Source: Octopus sinensis (Eukaryota). From it: a stretch of DNA of 64,000 bases. Below the pieces are notes generated by a model that was not told the DNA's origin, ran no database searches, and saw only the letters and a list, made by a program, of their open reading frames with translations. The DNA is taken from NCBI RefSeq assembly GCF_006345805.1, contig NC_043001.1, positions 59,024,001 to 59,088,000 on the forward strand, in the 5' to 3' direction. This document shows, piece after piece, positions 38,984 through 52,664 of the stretch. The translations under genes were made by a program, and so were the position numbers. Each line of letters starts with the position of its first letter. Position 1 is the stretch's first letter.

Positions 38984-39926
38984 GTGTAATAAATAAAATA
39001 TATGCATACATACATACATACATATATGTACGTACCTACATCTACATGTATATATACATGCATATAAATATATATACGTGAGTACAGGACACCACAAATA
39101 GAAGCAGAACTCAACGAGAACGAAAACGTAAAAACAATCATGGAACGGACCTTTCTTTACAAAGAAAAAACAGAGTACTAGACAAACTACACAAGGAAAA
39201 ATCCCCTTCATCAGCTGTCCCTAGTTCAACTCCAGCGTGTTTCGAAGGTGAGGACAGAACACGACTCGTCGAACTAGCCCTTCCTGCGACGAAATTAAAG
39301 GAAATTACTTCGCAGAGGGGTAAAAACAAGGAAAGAACAAAATGTGACACAAATAGGACGTAAAAACGATACAAATAAAATTACAAAATAAAATACAAAA
39401 TAAAATACAAAATAAAAATACAATTACAAAAAAAATACAATACAAAAAATAAAAACACACAACAAAACAACCAAAGAGGGCCTTTTTTTCCTAGACGAGG
39501 AGAGATTCAAGGAGCGCAAGAAAACCATGTGTTTACAGTTAGAAGGCCGCATGCAAAAGGAAGTATTTGGCCGGCTGTGAGAGAGGTGAGGAGGAGTGAG
39601 AGAGAGAGAGAGATAGAGGAAGACAAACGGCTGTGAGAGAGATGAGGAGGAGTGAGAGAGAGAGAAAGGGAGAGAAGGGAAGGTTAAGCAAAGAGGTATA
39701 GGGTTTCGCGTCATAATTATATATAAAAACTGTACTGGGAGAAAAAGAAGAAACGAAACGGAACGAACCGAATCGAATCGACGCGAAGGCGCTCAGTCAT
39801 ACACTAGTGTAATAAATAAAATATATGCATACATACATATATGTACGTACCTACATCTACATGTATATATACATGCATATATAAATATATATATACGTGA
39901 GTACAGGACACCACAAATAGACGCAG
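38982..39926. mobile_element. ~950-bp element with ~125-bp terminal direct repeats in (TA)n context
   Basis: TAGTGTAATAAATAAAATATATGC..CGTGAGTACAGGACACCACAAATAGA(A/C)GCAG at 38982-39107 and 39805-39926; no TG..CA ends. Confidence 0.75.
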
Positions 39927-39958
39927 TATACATATATATATATATACATCTATCTATC

Positions 39959-39991
<33 letters not shown>

Positions 39992-40084
39992 AAAATTACA
40001 TACGGGTAGAAATTGATATTAATTAATTAAATAACCAGTGGCTTAGCATATTTAAAAAATCCGAAGATTAAAAATTGTGTTACA

Positions 40085-40495
40085 TACAAAATTAAGAGGA
40101 ATGACCACTAAAGTGGACACCTAATTAATTTGCAGCCTCAGCGCGCCAAAGTGAAGACATTTGAAACTGATACCCAAATATAAATGTAGAACTTTATACA
40201 TGCTCGAGTTCGGTTGAGCCTTCTGTATCTAGTTCTGGAAATAGTGTTTTGTAAGCGACAGACTACGCTGACGATCTTGGAGGCATCTACGTGTTTGCAT
40301 ACGTAGATATTAACAAGTGAAACCGTTGATACGTAGGTAATCTTTTTTTTATTTCGTATATCTTCATTTGTCTTGCTCATTTTTACATTTTTGCATTTTG
40401 CTGAGATTTTTCTTGAGCACACATTCTTTGTGGTAATGGCGATTTGACGTCTATGTTTAGCATATTATTTACTGGTCATTCCTCTTAATTTTTTA
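40085..40495 (+). mobile_element. Short element with 20-bp inverted ends containing a hammerhead motif (Penelope-like remnant)
   Basis: AAAATTAAGAGGAATGACCA (40088-40107) / TGGTCATTCCTCTTAATTTT (40473-40492); microsatellite flanks. Confidence 0.65.
40263..40336 (+). ncRNA. Type I hammerhead ribozyme-like motif
   Basis: CUACG-CUGACGA-U-CUUG..[AUCUACGU/ACGUAGAU hairpin]..CAAG-U-GAAA-CCGUUG-AUA^CGUAG. Perfect core and 5-bp stem I; mismatches at the base of stems II and III. Confidence 0.7.
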
Positions 40496-40552
40496 TATAA
40501 ATGTATGTATGTATGTATATATATACATACACACATAGATAGATATATGGAT

Positions 40553-40937
40553 GGAAGCCCTCCGTCGGTAACGACGATCAGGGTTCCGGTTGATCCGAAT
40601 CAACGGAACAGCCTGCTCGTGAAATTAACGTGTAAGTGGCTGAGCACTCCACAGACACGTACACCCTTAACGTAGTTCTCGGGGATATTCAGGGTGACAC
40701 AGAGAGTGACAAGGCCGGCCCCTTGAAATACAGGTACAACAGAAACAGGAAGTAAGAGTGACAGAAAGTTGTGGTGAAAGAGTACAACAGGGATCACCAC
40801 CATCCCCTGCCGGAGCCTCGTGGAGCTTTTAGGTGTTTTCGCTCAATAAACACTCACAACGCCCGGTCTGGGAATCGAAACCGCGATCCTATGATCACGA
40901 GTCCGCTGCCCTGGCCACTGGGCCATTGCGCCTCCAC
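40553..40937 (-). mobile_element. tRNA-derived SINE, family 3
   Basis: Reverse-complement head GTGGAGGCGCAATGGCCCAGTGG (A box)..GGTTTCGATTCCCAGACCGGGCG (B box), followed by a ~300-bp body; decayed body fragment at ~44830-44895. Confidence 0.9.
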
Positions 40938-41415
40938 AGATAGATATATACAGACAGACTGACAGATAAAAATACATACATACATGCATGAAATAGTATA
41001 TCTCTTGTAGAAAAACAACCAAAAACAATCATTAAAAGTGAAGAAATATATTATTAAGTGTAAAAAGAAAAGAAATTTTAAAGCAGGCAGAATATTTATA
41101 TTGAACCAGAGGTTTTCAGTTTTTTCTCCCTCCTTTATATATTCCTTCTAATCGGTTTCTTCTCGTCTTTTACTATAAGTTTGACTTTTTTATATTTTTA
41201 TATGGTACCCGTTCTAGCCTCCTCTCTATTTGTATTGCTGAAGTGGTTGGTGGTGCCAAAAGGTAGATTTGATCCTATTTCCAATTCATGTCGTGTCGTT
41301 TAAATGAACCTAATTCAATTATTTTGCATGGTAATGCTCTGAATTATTTTAGCTTTCAATTCCTAATGAAAGTGGCTTTCCACCATTCTTGAATGTTTTC
41401 TTTTTCCTTATATAT

Positions 41416-41531
<116 letters not shown>

Positions 41532-42184
41532 CATACATATTTCGTTTCTTCCTTCATTTGTATTTGGCTTAATAATATTTTTTTTCTTATTTTGTATGGA
41601 AATATAACTGTGCAACAAAGCAAAATCTTAGGTTGCAGTATACAACTAACTGATGAAAACTGTATGACATTGAATCTTCAACAGAGATAAAATTATGCAC
41701 GATAAGTGCTCTGCGTAATTCTACACACCTGAGAAGCTTAGCACTGTCTTACATTTTACATCCTTTCGCGGGTTAGTTTATGTTTAAAATTTATAGCATG
41801 TATACTATTCCTGAACCAACGAAGATAGCATTCTCTGGCTGGTCATACTACTAGGTCTAGCAGCAAGATTAAACGCCATATTAAAAGGAGAATAAATGTA
41901 TCATAAAAATTGCCGTTATAATGACTGCGTGGGATGCCTTTGATAATATCTGCTCACTCAGCGCTAATTTGGCTTCAAAGAAGAACATCAAAAATAATTT
42001 AGCATAACTTCGACCAAAAAGGGGAGTAAATGCTCGTCCCGATAGATATATGAGTTAAAACCTTCATAACTTTAAAGATTTTCGACAATTATTTGTTTTC
42101 AAGGATAGCACTTGGGGTCGAAACTGTTGGTTTTTATTTATTTTATGTTATGGATTCTGATGTGACTGAAGAGTTCAGTTGTTA

Positions 42185-43010
42185 CTCGGAAGTCCCTTCC
42201 ACATATGGGACAGGGGATTTTGGACAGGGGATACTTATCTGTCTTTTCTGTGCCTCCTTTCTTCTTGCTCGGTAGTTTTACTGGTTTCAAAAGTTGTTAA
42301 TCTTTCTTTGATAATGGATCTCCTGCGTTCTCGATCTTGCGCATTTCTTTCCTAGTTCTCAACGTCAATACTAGATTTCTTGAAGTTGGCTTTCAGGATA
42401 TCTTTGAATCTTTTCTTTTGCCCTCTTCTTCAATTTCCTTCTTTTAGTTGGAAATAAAGAACCTGCTTCAGTAGACAGTAGTTTTTCATCCGGGCTGTAT
42501 GACCGGGCTTTCTCAGTGGTTTCTAGATAATGGTAATTTCAATGGAGGTCATGTTCGCTTCTTTCAACACTGGTGTTTCCCCCTTTTTCCCAGTTGATAC
42601 TACAAAGACAGCGTTGTTTGTACTTTTCAAGAAGTTTTGTGCCTTCTGTACGTAATCCAATTATCGGATGCGGATAAGAGTGTGGGAATGACTGCTTCCT
42701 TGTATGTCATTATTTTAATGTCAGTTCGAACATCTCGATCCTACAACACTCTGGTTCGGAGACGGCGAAAAGTAGCACCGGCGCTTTTGAGACGATGGTG
42801 GTTTTCGTCGTCGGCGTCGCTTTTGAAAGAGATAACTTCAGGGACACAGAAAATGATTCATGATTTCTAATACCACTCCAACAATTCCAATGGCTGGTTT
42901 CCCATTGTTTTTCTTGACTGCTGATGATACGTGAATGACTTGTACCTTCTTGCAATTGATGGTGACCCCCAGGTTTCGGTAACCTTGCTGGAAGGTAATG
43001 ATATATACAA
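42185..43010 (-). mobile_element. RTE-like LINE 3' fragment
   Basis: Minus strand: IMTYKEAVIPTLLSASDNWITYRRH.., LKQVLYFQLKEGN..RGQKKRFKDILK.., terminal CPICGRDF zinc-finger-like motif. Confidence 0.8.
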
Positions 43011-45039
43011 TATTCATTGCTGAGAAGCTTTTATCCTACATCTGCTGGCTCAAGGTTGATACGGTTCTCTTCCATACTGCTATAATATCTTTCTGTTGAC
43101 ACTTAGATACGGTAAGCGGCAATGACTCGTCATCTAACAAATAAAGTATTCGTTAGATGAAGATTCACTACCGATGACTATAGAAATTTCATAATCAACG
43201 GCAGACAGAAGTATCCAGCCTCACACATCTTAGAGAAAATATATGACCAATCATGTATTAATCAACATCAGTAGCTCAAATTCTTAATGGCGTACCCATA
43301 ACAACTCTGAGGAATGCATGACTACTGTACAAAAAGGACTATAGTAGCAAAAACATGTATTTTTCTACATGGCAGAAATAGTTTCCTGTCGAGAGATAAT
43401 TTTACGGAAAAATTTCGAGGGACATTAACTTCAAATATTGACAATAGCTCTAAACACTGACATCGATAAGATTTATCACAGGAAACATATGCACAGTAAT
43501 AGATATACTTCTGCAGAAACACTTTCACAGGCACACTGAGAGAATAATAAATGATGGCCAAAAAAAAAAACAGTTTCTGATGTTTTCGGCATATTTTTAT
43601 ATTACTATAACAACAGTTGTGTTATTGCACATTTAATATAAGCAAATTGATAGTACCGTTCCGCTGTCGGACAGCATGCTTTGCCCTATTCGTTCCAAAT
43701 CTCAGTGATGTGTATTCAAATTCCGTGGAGGTGATCATTGTTTTATCTAACTTCGGCAACGATTATTTTTTTTTCTTTACTCGCTCAAACTTTATCAGTC
43801 TACAGTCATATCTCACTACCCTCTAAGGATTTTCTATTTCTCCTTCTGGAATTGATAAGATATAGTAAGATCAACAGTGGTGCGTACTTTGCAATGTTTT
43901 ATAGCCCAAAAAATACTGTATGACAATGCAATATCTCTAGGGTTTTCGTAGGAGTTAACAGCAAATTATTTTATACTTTCAAAGAGATGTTCATAGCCAT
44001 TAATTATTTAACGAAAACGTGATGCTCTTCAGAGTGAATGATGAATAGCTTCAGAAATAAACGATATAATAAATGAAAATAATCAATTAAACAATTAATA
44101 AACGAGAAGTTCTCTTCATAGACACGTGGTGCAATCATACACAAAACATGTCGGTGCAAGGCAAATATCATATTACCAATGACTCAGGATAGAACCAAAT
44201 GCGTTTTGTCAGGCGTCTCTGAAAAGATTGGTGCATTTTCAACTTTACTTATTTATTCTATACTACCACTCGTTTGGTTTGAGATAAGATAATATAAATA
44301 TAGTCACATTATGACAGAATTGTTCAGAATTTGTAACATCACAAATACATGATGTTACTGATTTGCCTTTTGCATACTGATTAGCATTTGGGGTAAATAT
44401 GATTTTCAGTAACTTCGGATCGTTCCATAATTTATGAGTAAAATTTTATTGGCGGAATCTTTCTAGACAGCTGTCAGCTGAATAGTATTTATTACATGGA
44501 AAAATACAAGCAAGAGAAAGACTATTTTTAAGACTATAAACTTGGAAAATTACAGGACAAGTTATTACACTTGGTAAAGTTCAAGACAGCTAATTACATT
44601 TGGTAAAGTACAGACCAAAAAAATGTTTACCTAAAATATTGCAGCTAAGAATAAAATTTCACGTAAAATATTTAGATTTAGAAAATATTAGCTTTTATTA
44701 AAACTAAACATTTTATTACAAATTAAGGACTGCATTAGCGAGTAGCTGTGAAAAATGCTACGTGTGAGTAAATTGCGGCCTTAAGAATATTATTCAACTA
44801 CTACCGTAGCTGAATGATAGTCGAAAGTTACAGCCTTGTCACAAACTACGTCACACTGAATCTGCCTGTGAATTATGTTAGATGTACAAGTGTCAGATCG
44901 TGGGAAGAAATACACTTTATTCAGCTATAGGTTGTTCTAGTAATTGAATAATCTAATCTCCATCGCCGTGTGACAGGTACAACCACACACACATCTACGC
45001 ATATACATACACACAGGTATATATGTGTGTGTTTGTGCA

Positions 45040-45082
<43 letters not shown>

Positions 45083-45206
45083 CGTGATGCATATATGCCA
45101 TTTGAATATGGCTAACCCAAAAGGGTGGATGCTACTGTAGTTTGTAGCCCCAGGAAGACACCTCCTCCCGCTGGCTATAGACACACTATCTGTGTCCTGT
45201 CATATA

Positions 45207-45569
45207 TTCTCTTTTATTTGTTTCAGTCATTTCACTGTGGCCATGCTGGAGCACCGCCTTTATTTGAGCAAACCGACCCCGTTACTTATTCCTTGTAAGC
45301 CCAGTACGTATTCTATCGATCTCTTTTGCCGAACCGCTAGCTGACGGAGACATAAATGCAGCAGCATCGGTTGTCAAGCAATGCTAGGAGGACAAACACA
45401 GATACAAACATACACACATACACACATACGACGGGCTTCTTTGAGTTTCCCTCTACCAAATCCACTCACAAGGCTTTGGCCGGCCCTAGGCTATAGTAGA
45501 GGACAGTTGCCGAAGGTGCCACGCAGTTGGAATGAACCTGGAAGCATGTAGTTGGTAAGCAAGCTACTT
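45207..45569 (-). mobile_element. SINE family 1 body (its head is displaced to 47587-47624 by an insertion)
   Basis: TTTCAGTCATTTCACTGTGGCCATGCTGGAGCACCGCC..GGCTATAGTAGAGGACAGTTGCCGAAGGTGCCACGC..GGTAAGCAAGCTACTT; resumes ..ACCCACAGCCACTCATGTGCCT near 47603. Confidence 0.9.
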
Positions 45570-47586
45570 TATTTCATTAAATTTTTCATGAAGACTGTAT
45601 TCAGATTAGCTAGCTTTGCGGGCTGGACAAGACATTAATGAAATGAATGATAATGATGCAAGGATGATAAGGATGAGAGAAGACAGAAAGCGCCTGCCGA
45701 CCCTCTGCTTCTCTATAACATTGTTCTTTAACAATACATTACATGGGGCAATGAACCTCTTACAATTCGTCTAAAATAACGACAATATTAATCATTACAA
45801 ATATAAAAATATATTTACATATTTCGGCGCTAAGCCTATTCTTCTTCGTCCCAGACCAGGCTGTGAGCTGCCCATAGGTACTGCTCCGGATCCCGGTCGG
45901 GGTCCCAAAAATCCACTCTAAACAAGTCCTTCGTAAAGGAGCGCAACACCCTGGACATGTTGATATCCGATATGACCTTCGCAGTCACCTGCGAAGGCGA
46001 ATTCGGGTTTCGGTCCAGGCTAAGTGCTCCTCCGTCCAGCCTTCTCGCCTCCTTAGGAAGCTTTCTATCGCCACTCCCTTCAGAAAAAGTATGACAAACT
46101 CATCTTTCCTCTTTCTCGGATGGACTGGCATGCTGGCAGTTGATCGTCAACTGCCAGTGATGTCCCGTTCATTTTTTTCTTTTTTCTTTATTTCCTCTTC
46201 TCGACGGGAGCGTGGAGTTCCTCCAACTTGTCCGGGAGTCTTCCCTCACTTCCGCCGCCTCAGAATCCATAGGTGGGCAACCATTGTTGTCCACCTTCTT
46301 TTTTTTTCCTTTCAAGGGGGTTACCACCTCCTCGACTTTCTTTTCCTCTCCCTCCATTAAATAATCAGGAGGCTCCGATGGAGGAAAAACATCCTCTATT
46401 AACTGCTCCAGTTCCCTAGCTTGGTTCCTGGAGCAGTTCCTCTTTATGTGGCCTGCTTCCAGGCACAGGTGACAGTTGGGGGGGGGCGTCACTCAAGGAT
46501 CCCCGGGTGCCTGGAACCCGCCAACGTCAAAAAATCCGGTATTACCAGATCTTCGGCTGACTGGGTCCATAGGATCAAAACAGCTTTTGACCTCACCCAG
46601 TCAATCGCAGGCATAATCCTTACATTCAGTAGCCTGGTGTTACTGCCACCCAGACCCCGGCGGATAGTCTCCTCTATCCACTCGGGCTAAATTCCGGGTG
46701 GCAACCCACGCACTCAAGCTCTCGTTAATTTTTACCCACCGCATGTGTTGAGAAACAAAATCTTCTCTCTTTCCACCGGTTGGCACGTAAATTTTTGTGC
46801 CTCCGTAGCGGTGTCAAAGAGTACACACACAGTTCCATACTTTGCTCCCCTACGGATAAATTTAAAACTCGGCAGGTACTCTGCCAATTCTTTTTCAATC
46901 TCAGGCTGAGAGAACACAGTGATGGTTTCAAGGCGCCCTAGATTAGGTCCTTAACACCACCGTTCTCTCAGTATAATTTTTGAGACATTCTTTGGGGGCC
47001 ACAATTCGCCACTCCAAAGTGGTATTCTTTGTTGCCATTTTTTAAAAATCAAATAAAAAGAAAATGTTCCAAAAATCAAAATGTCCAAAATGTTGAAATA
47101 AAAGTCAATAATAAAGCACAAAGAAGGAACAGAAAGACAGACGAGAAAAGAATGAAGACAGTTCAACTGGCAACAAAATTCTGCTACTCAGGTAATCGAC
47201 AATTCGCAGTTTTCCGTATATGCACAAAAATTATATTCTTGCCGTCTTCGCACTCCTTGCCAGAATAGTAAATTCAAAGGTAATTCTCGGCACGGACACA
47301 GACAAGAAAAATACAATTTTACAAACAAAACATTTTCCGGGGGGAATTCGCTTCCCCCAAACACAATTCTCACTGCAAAGTGAATCTTTTCGCAGGACCA
47401 CAGAAAGGCAAATGTCTGGAAGAGAGTGGAGAATGCTGCTCAACAAAAATTATTAATTACAGAGCAACAAACGCCACTAAGCCCCCAAAAACAAAACAAA
47501 CGCCTACCTTAGTTGTGCTTCAATTTTTCACGTCGAAAGACGTGACTTCCAAGCACCATGAAAAAAAGCGAACTCTACTGTAGTAA
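45570..47586 (-). mobile_element. ORF1-only non-LTR retroelement (HAL1-like, L1/Tx1-type ORF1)
   Basis: 16-bp TSD GGTAAGCAAGCTACTT (45554-45569) / GGTAAGCAACTTACAT (47587-47602), 13 of 16 identical; A-rich 3' end with AATAAA; one long decayed ORF; no RT or endonuclease motifs. Confidence 0.75.
45836..47038 (-). pseudogene. Decayed ORF1/gag-like protein with CCHC zinc knuckle
   Basis: MATKNTTLEW..FIRRGAKYGTVCVLF..VRGLPPGI..IPDFLTLAG..CHLCLEAGHIKRNC..basic/acidic tail..VWDEEE*; several stops and frameshifts. Confidence 0.8.
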
Positions 47587-49164
47587 GGTAAGCAACTTAC
47601 ATACCCACAGCCACTCATGTGCCTATATATATATATTTATATATTTATATATATTATATAATTATGTATACACAATATACATGTATGTGTGTGTATGTGT
47701 ATATATAGAGAGAGGGAGGAGGGAGAGAGAAAGTGTTGATCAGAGTTTCTTTGCTGGTACAGACAGTAGGAAAGTGCACAACACAGTGAGAGATACTTAC
47801 CATGAAATGAGTGCATAAGTAATATGATTGCTCCCTCAAGGTTCAAATTCGTTTAGTGCTATAATCTGACAAGTTTCTATAACGTACCCTGCACGAATCC
47901 GACAATCGTGCAAGGCGAAACTGTACTGGCTACTCTGCAAGGAAATGCTAGAATCCGATTTTTCTTGAACTTCCTCACTGTGTAGCCATGCAACTGGAGC
48001 TTGAACGATTGTCGAATCGTACACTGTAATATGGGTACAAGACTGCAATCCAAAACGCACCTCCGAAAGTTAAAAGGCTATTAAAGTTATAGCTATCAGT
48101 CCATTTTTGCAGTCGTTTATGGAAGCATTAAGAATAAGTGAAACCTATGTAAGAAAACTAACATAGTATCAGTGAGTTCTGGATTGTTCACAAGGTTTAG
48201 AAAACGTCCAGAATGCACGGTATACATATGTACACAACTTTCATGTGATCATTGAGGATAATGCATAACACAAATTAACTTTAATTAAAGAACAGATGGC
48301 TACTTTTTAGAATATTTTTAAGTGGAAATTACATGATAATGAACGTTAACACTGAAAGGTTGAACATTTTGGGAACCAGGGAAAGAGAGCAACGTAACCG
48401 CTATTAAAAATAGAAGAAGGAACTGAAAAGAACTTCACTTTTATTATATATGAATTGGAAAAATATATGCTAAAGTGTTGTATTTTTTCATCGTAAGCGC
48501 GTAACATCATATTATAGCTAAGTTGTGTTTTGAACTAAACAGATTTCTGAACCTATATCTTAACTGACCTGATCAGGTGAAAGGAAAAATTCATACTGGA
48601 AATATTTGAATTTTGAATGTAAAGTGAAAGACCTTATCGTACGGAGTTCTGAAAACATTTCAGATCTGACTATTTACAATATATCTGGAAGCTAGTGACT
48701 AAATATGTGGTTTGATTAAAGATTACTGTAAAATTACTTTTCCTGAAGCCGGCAGTTCAATATTTAAGATAATAAACGTTCGAATAGCCCATGTGCTTTT
48801 CTTTCTTTAGCCAACTAGCATCTTGTGACGAAAACGTATACATTTTTAAATAGTATCTCTATAATTAACCTGAAGATATCAAGAAATGAGGGAAGAAAAG
48901 AGAAGTAAAACTATTCAATGAGCTATCACTTAAACATGTGATTCTATTCTTATCATTCTACTACGGTCATTGCCTTAAGAAATATGGTAATGATGTCTGG
49001 TCGCCGTAAATTCCTCCCAGAAAAGTGTGCAAATGTTTAATTTGCAATTTATATAGCATTGTTATCACAGTAATGAAATACGTTGCTTCGCTTACCTCTC
49101 TGCATGTGTTGCTCTCTGATGCTCGCACGCACGTATACACACTCACACACACACACACACACTG

Positions 49165-49222
<58 letters not shown>

Positions 49223-49295
49223 TGATAAAACGGTAAGATAACAAAAGAAAGAAAGAGACCTCAATATTATGTAAATAGAGGAAATAGAGGAAATA

Positions 49296-49368
<73 letters not shown>

Positions 49369-49639
49369 TATATGTATATATACATACATACATATACGCA
49401 CACACACATATGTATGTAAGTGTGTTGGTGATTTACGTTTAGCTATATAAAACAAATTTAAATGAATCTGAGGGATTACTCTATACTTTTGCAGAGTACA
49501 AGTTTATTTTAAACAAGAATATTGTGAATAGTGACTGCGATACATTGAAGTCAATTGAGTAAAACTTTCCCTTGGCTGTGTTGGTTTCAGTGAGCTTTTA
49601 ATTAGGTTTTACATCAAAGAGATGATTGTACCAGCATGT

Positions 49640-50030
49640 GTTCACACCTTTAAAGCAAAGAATACTGGTGGAACACTCCAATAAAATCAGAAATTCGGTA
49701 CAAATATATATGATCTGGTATTGTTCTATGGGATAGGCAACAAATTCATGTAATGTTGTAAAGGTTAGCTGTCTAGCCGATATCCAGAAAAGAAGACAAT
49801 GTTTATGGTTAATTAGGCGAAACTTACAGTTCTTGAGCCCTAAATACAAATTCTCCTTTGTACCTATCATCATAAAAGCTTAACGCTATCTACTTACAAA
49901 TTTACACAAAAACCTAGAAATACTAAGTTTGTTGAACAAAGAGTAAAAGAAGCAGACGCTGATTCTTGTAATCCATTCTAATAGCGGCACAGTGTAGATT
50001 TGAATGCCATTTCAAACATTCTTCATCCAA
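49640..50030 (+). mobile_element. R4/Dong-like endonuclease-domain fragment, decayed
   Basis: KEYWWNTPIK..VVKVSCLAD..RRNLQFLSPKYKFSFVPIII..NSGTV; homologous to 3402-3628. Confidence 0.7.
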
Positions 50031-50189
50031 GATTCTCATTTAGGTTTGTGCATCGACAGCTCAACGAACACACTAACCCAACCGCATATTTAGAAATACA
50101 GTAAAATCTCTTAACTCAAAAAGTCTTGTCGCTTTATTAGCTACCGATCTAAACTCTCTTAAAGAGAACTTAAATAAACTCAACACAAA

Positions 50190-50283
50190 ACATACATACA
50201 AACATACATACATACATACATACATACATACATACATACATACATACATACATACATACATACATACATACATACATACATGC
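50190..50283. repeat. (TACA)n microsatellite
   Basis: Direct reading. Confidence 0.95.
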
Positions 50284-51507
50284 ATAAAGTAGCAATAGGG
50301 ATAAGCTAGGGTTCCCAGAAAAAGAAATCAATCAACTAAATCGCATTGATCTTTAAGTGGAACAGGAAAAATTTGCAAAACTTTTCTTAGGTTTAAGATG
50401 TGACATCGTGTTTTGCTATCCACATTCCAGTAATGGCGCTTCGTACCTTTGTTCCTAAGAGGGGCAATTCAAATAATTAAAAAGAGAAGAGAACATGTAT
50501 ATGTTTCAATGCATGTATATATCTATAGAATGAATTGTACTAATAATGATTTAATATAATGGTAGGAAAAAGTAATCAACCCTGTTTGTTATCCATAATA
50601 TAATTCTAATATCGGCTTGCATAATCCGTCACTTTGGCTTAGGATTCATTTTGTTGATAACTTATACTCCGTAAATGACTATTGCTGGAAAAATATGAGT
50701 ATGAATAAACTGCACTTCCAGCTGTCGTTTTCAGGTACAAAATATTTTTTTATAGTAACTTTTGTTTTACTGAAGAGCCTAAGTTACTTGAATAACCTAG
50801 TCTTTATTCGCCGTAGATACGTGTGGCTTTTAAGATGACACTATCTGTCCAGGAGAATGCATGCGACTCTTGTTCTATGAAGCATGAAATTAGGCATGTA
50901 CTAGCAAGGAAAACTTTGGGGTGAATCAGGAAAAAAGAAGAGAAGAACAAAAGTCATATAATAATATTATATGGAGGTAAAATTAACTTACATTTAGAGA
51001 TTATATTTTCCACAATCACAAGAAATGGTACTGGAATATTATCATAGCGTAAATGACGAAAAATAAAGAAAATATTGTTTCCACAAAACTTCAACTATCA
51101 CAAATATCAAATAAATTCTCATAGACAATATGCTGCTTGCAGTTTTTATTATGAGTAATGTTTCATAGTTGTAGTGATATGAGTTGTACCGTGTTCATTT
51201 AAATTACTGAACCAACAGCATTAATTGCTATGCTTATAATGGTTTCAAAACTCAATTTAAGCGCATTGCACAAAATTCCCTTCTACTTGCATAACTTTTG
51301 AATATATGACTAACGAAATACCCAATGAAATACCATTTTATATTTTCAATAAATACCTTTCGTTATTTTGTTGAGATATGTCTCCGAAAGAAGTGTATTG
51401 TGTAAGAAGTATTGTTAGTTGATAGCTCTAGATCAGTGCACATTAACTGTTCAAGCGAACACCATACATATTTTTTTTTCTTTTCAGATATCATTTAACG
51501 TATACTA

Positions 51508-52664
51508 TTGTGTTGGCAAGAAAGTATTTTCATTTTTCGCAAATAAACAATTTTTTTAAAATAACTTTTGTCAATGTTATGATTTCTCCCATTTGACATT
51601 TGATATCTTTACTTTTAAGCTTACTTAAGAAACAAATTGCGCGTAATTTTGTCAATATTAACAAGGAGTACAAAGACGAACATGTTCGCCATTTTTTGCT
51701 TTTTTTATTTCCGCACATGTTAGAAATGATTTAAAATATACATTTCAGGAGATTTTTCGCTGAAAGATGACCAACGTTTTGGTCGACCTACTGAAGTTGA
51801 TGATGATCGAATCAAAGACTTAATTGAATCTGATTGTCATATAACTGTGCGATAGATTGCAGACAGGTTAAATGTATCATGCACAATTGAAAATCAATTA
51901 AAATGACTCGTTAAGAAGCTCGATATTTAGGTTCCACATAAATTGAAAGAGACTCACTTAACACAGCGAATCAATATTTGAGATATACATCTCCAACGCA
52001 AATTAATCGACCTCTTTTTGAAATGAATCATCACTGGTGATGAGAAATGGACTGTTTACAATAACATCAATCGAAAACGATCATGGTCCAAGCATAATGA
52101 ACCAGCACAAAACCGCATCGAAAGCTGAATTGCATCAAAAAAGGTCATGCTGTCAATTTGGTGCGATTACAATGCTGTTGTGTATTTTGAGCTGCTTCCA
52201 AGAAACTGAAAGATCAATTCAGATGTTTACTCTCAACAACTAATGAATCTAGGGGAAGCAAGGAAAGAAAAACGGCCAGAATTGTGAAATTGTAAGGAAT
52301 TCGTGTTCCACAATGACAACTTTAGACGACACAGGTATTTGCTAACTCGTGAAAAATTATTGATGCTTGCCTTGGAAGTGATGTCACATCCACCATATAG
52401 TCCTGGCCTTACATCATCAGATTACCACTTATTTCGAAGTCGGCAAAATTGTTTGAATGGTAAAACTTCAAATAATGATGATGACCTGAAATCGCACTTG
52501 CTTCAGGTTTTGGCTGATAAGGACCAAACTCTCTATGAGCTCGGAATCATGAAGTTGTCAGAAAGATTGCAAAATATCATCGAACAAATGGAAAATATAT
52601 AATTGATTCAACTTCATTCTTTTATTCACACTAAAAAGCCGAAATTACTTTCTTGCCAATCCAA
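51508..52664 (+). mobile_element. Mariner (DD34D) transposon, internally deleted and decayed
   Basis: TIRs TTGTGTTGGCAAGAAAGTA / TACTTTCTTGCCAATCCAA with TA flanks; motifs VPHKLKE, ITGDEKW, FHNDNFRRH, HPPYSPGLTSSDYHLFRS. Confidence 0.95.

Noticed and set aside
40860-40937. tRNA-like sequence on the minus strand
   Set aside because: A and B boxes are present but it runs directly into a SINE body; it is a SINE head, not a tRNA gene.
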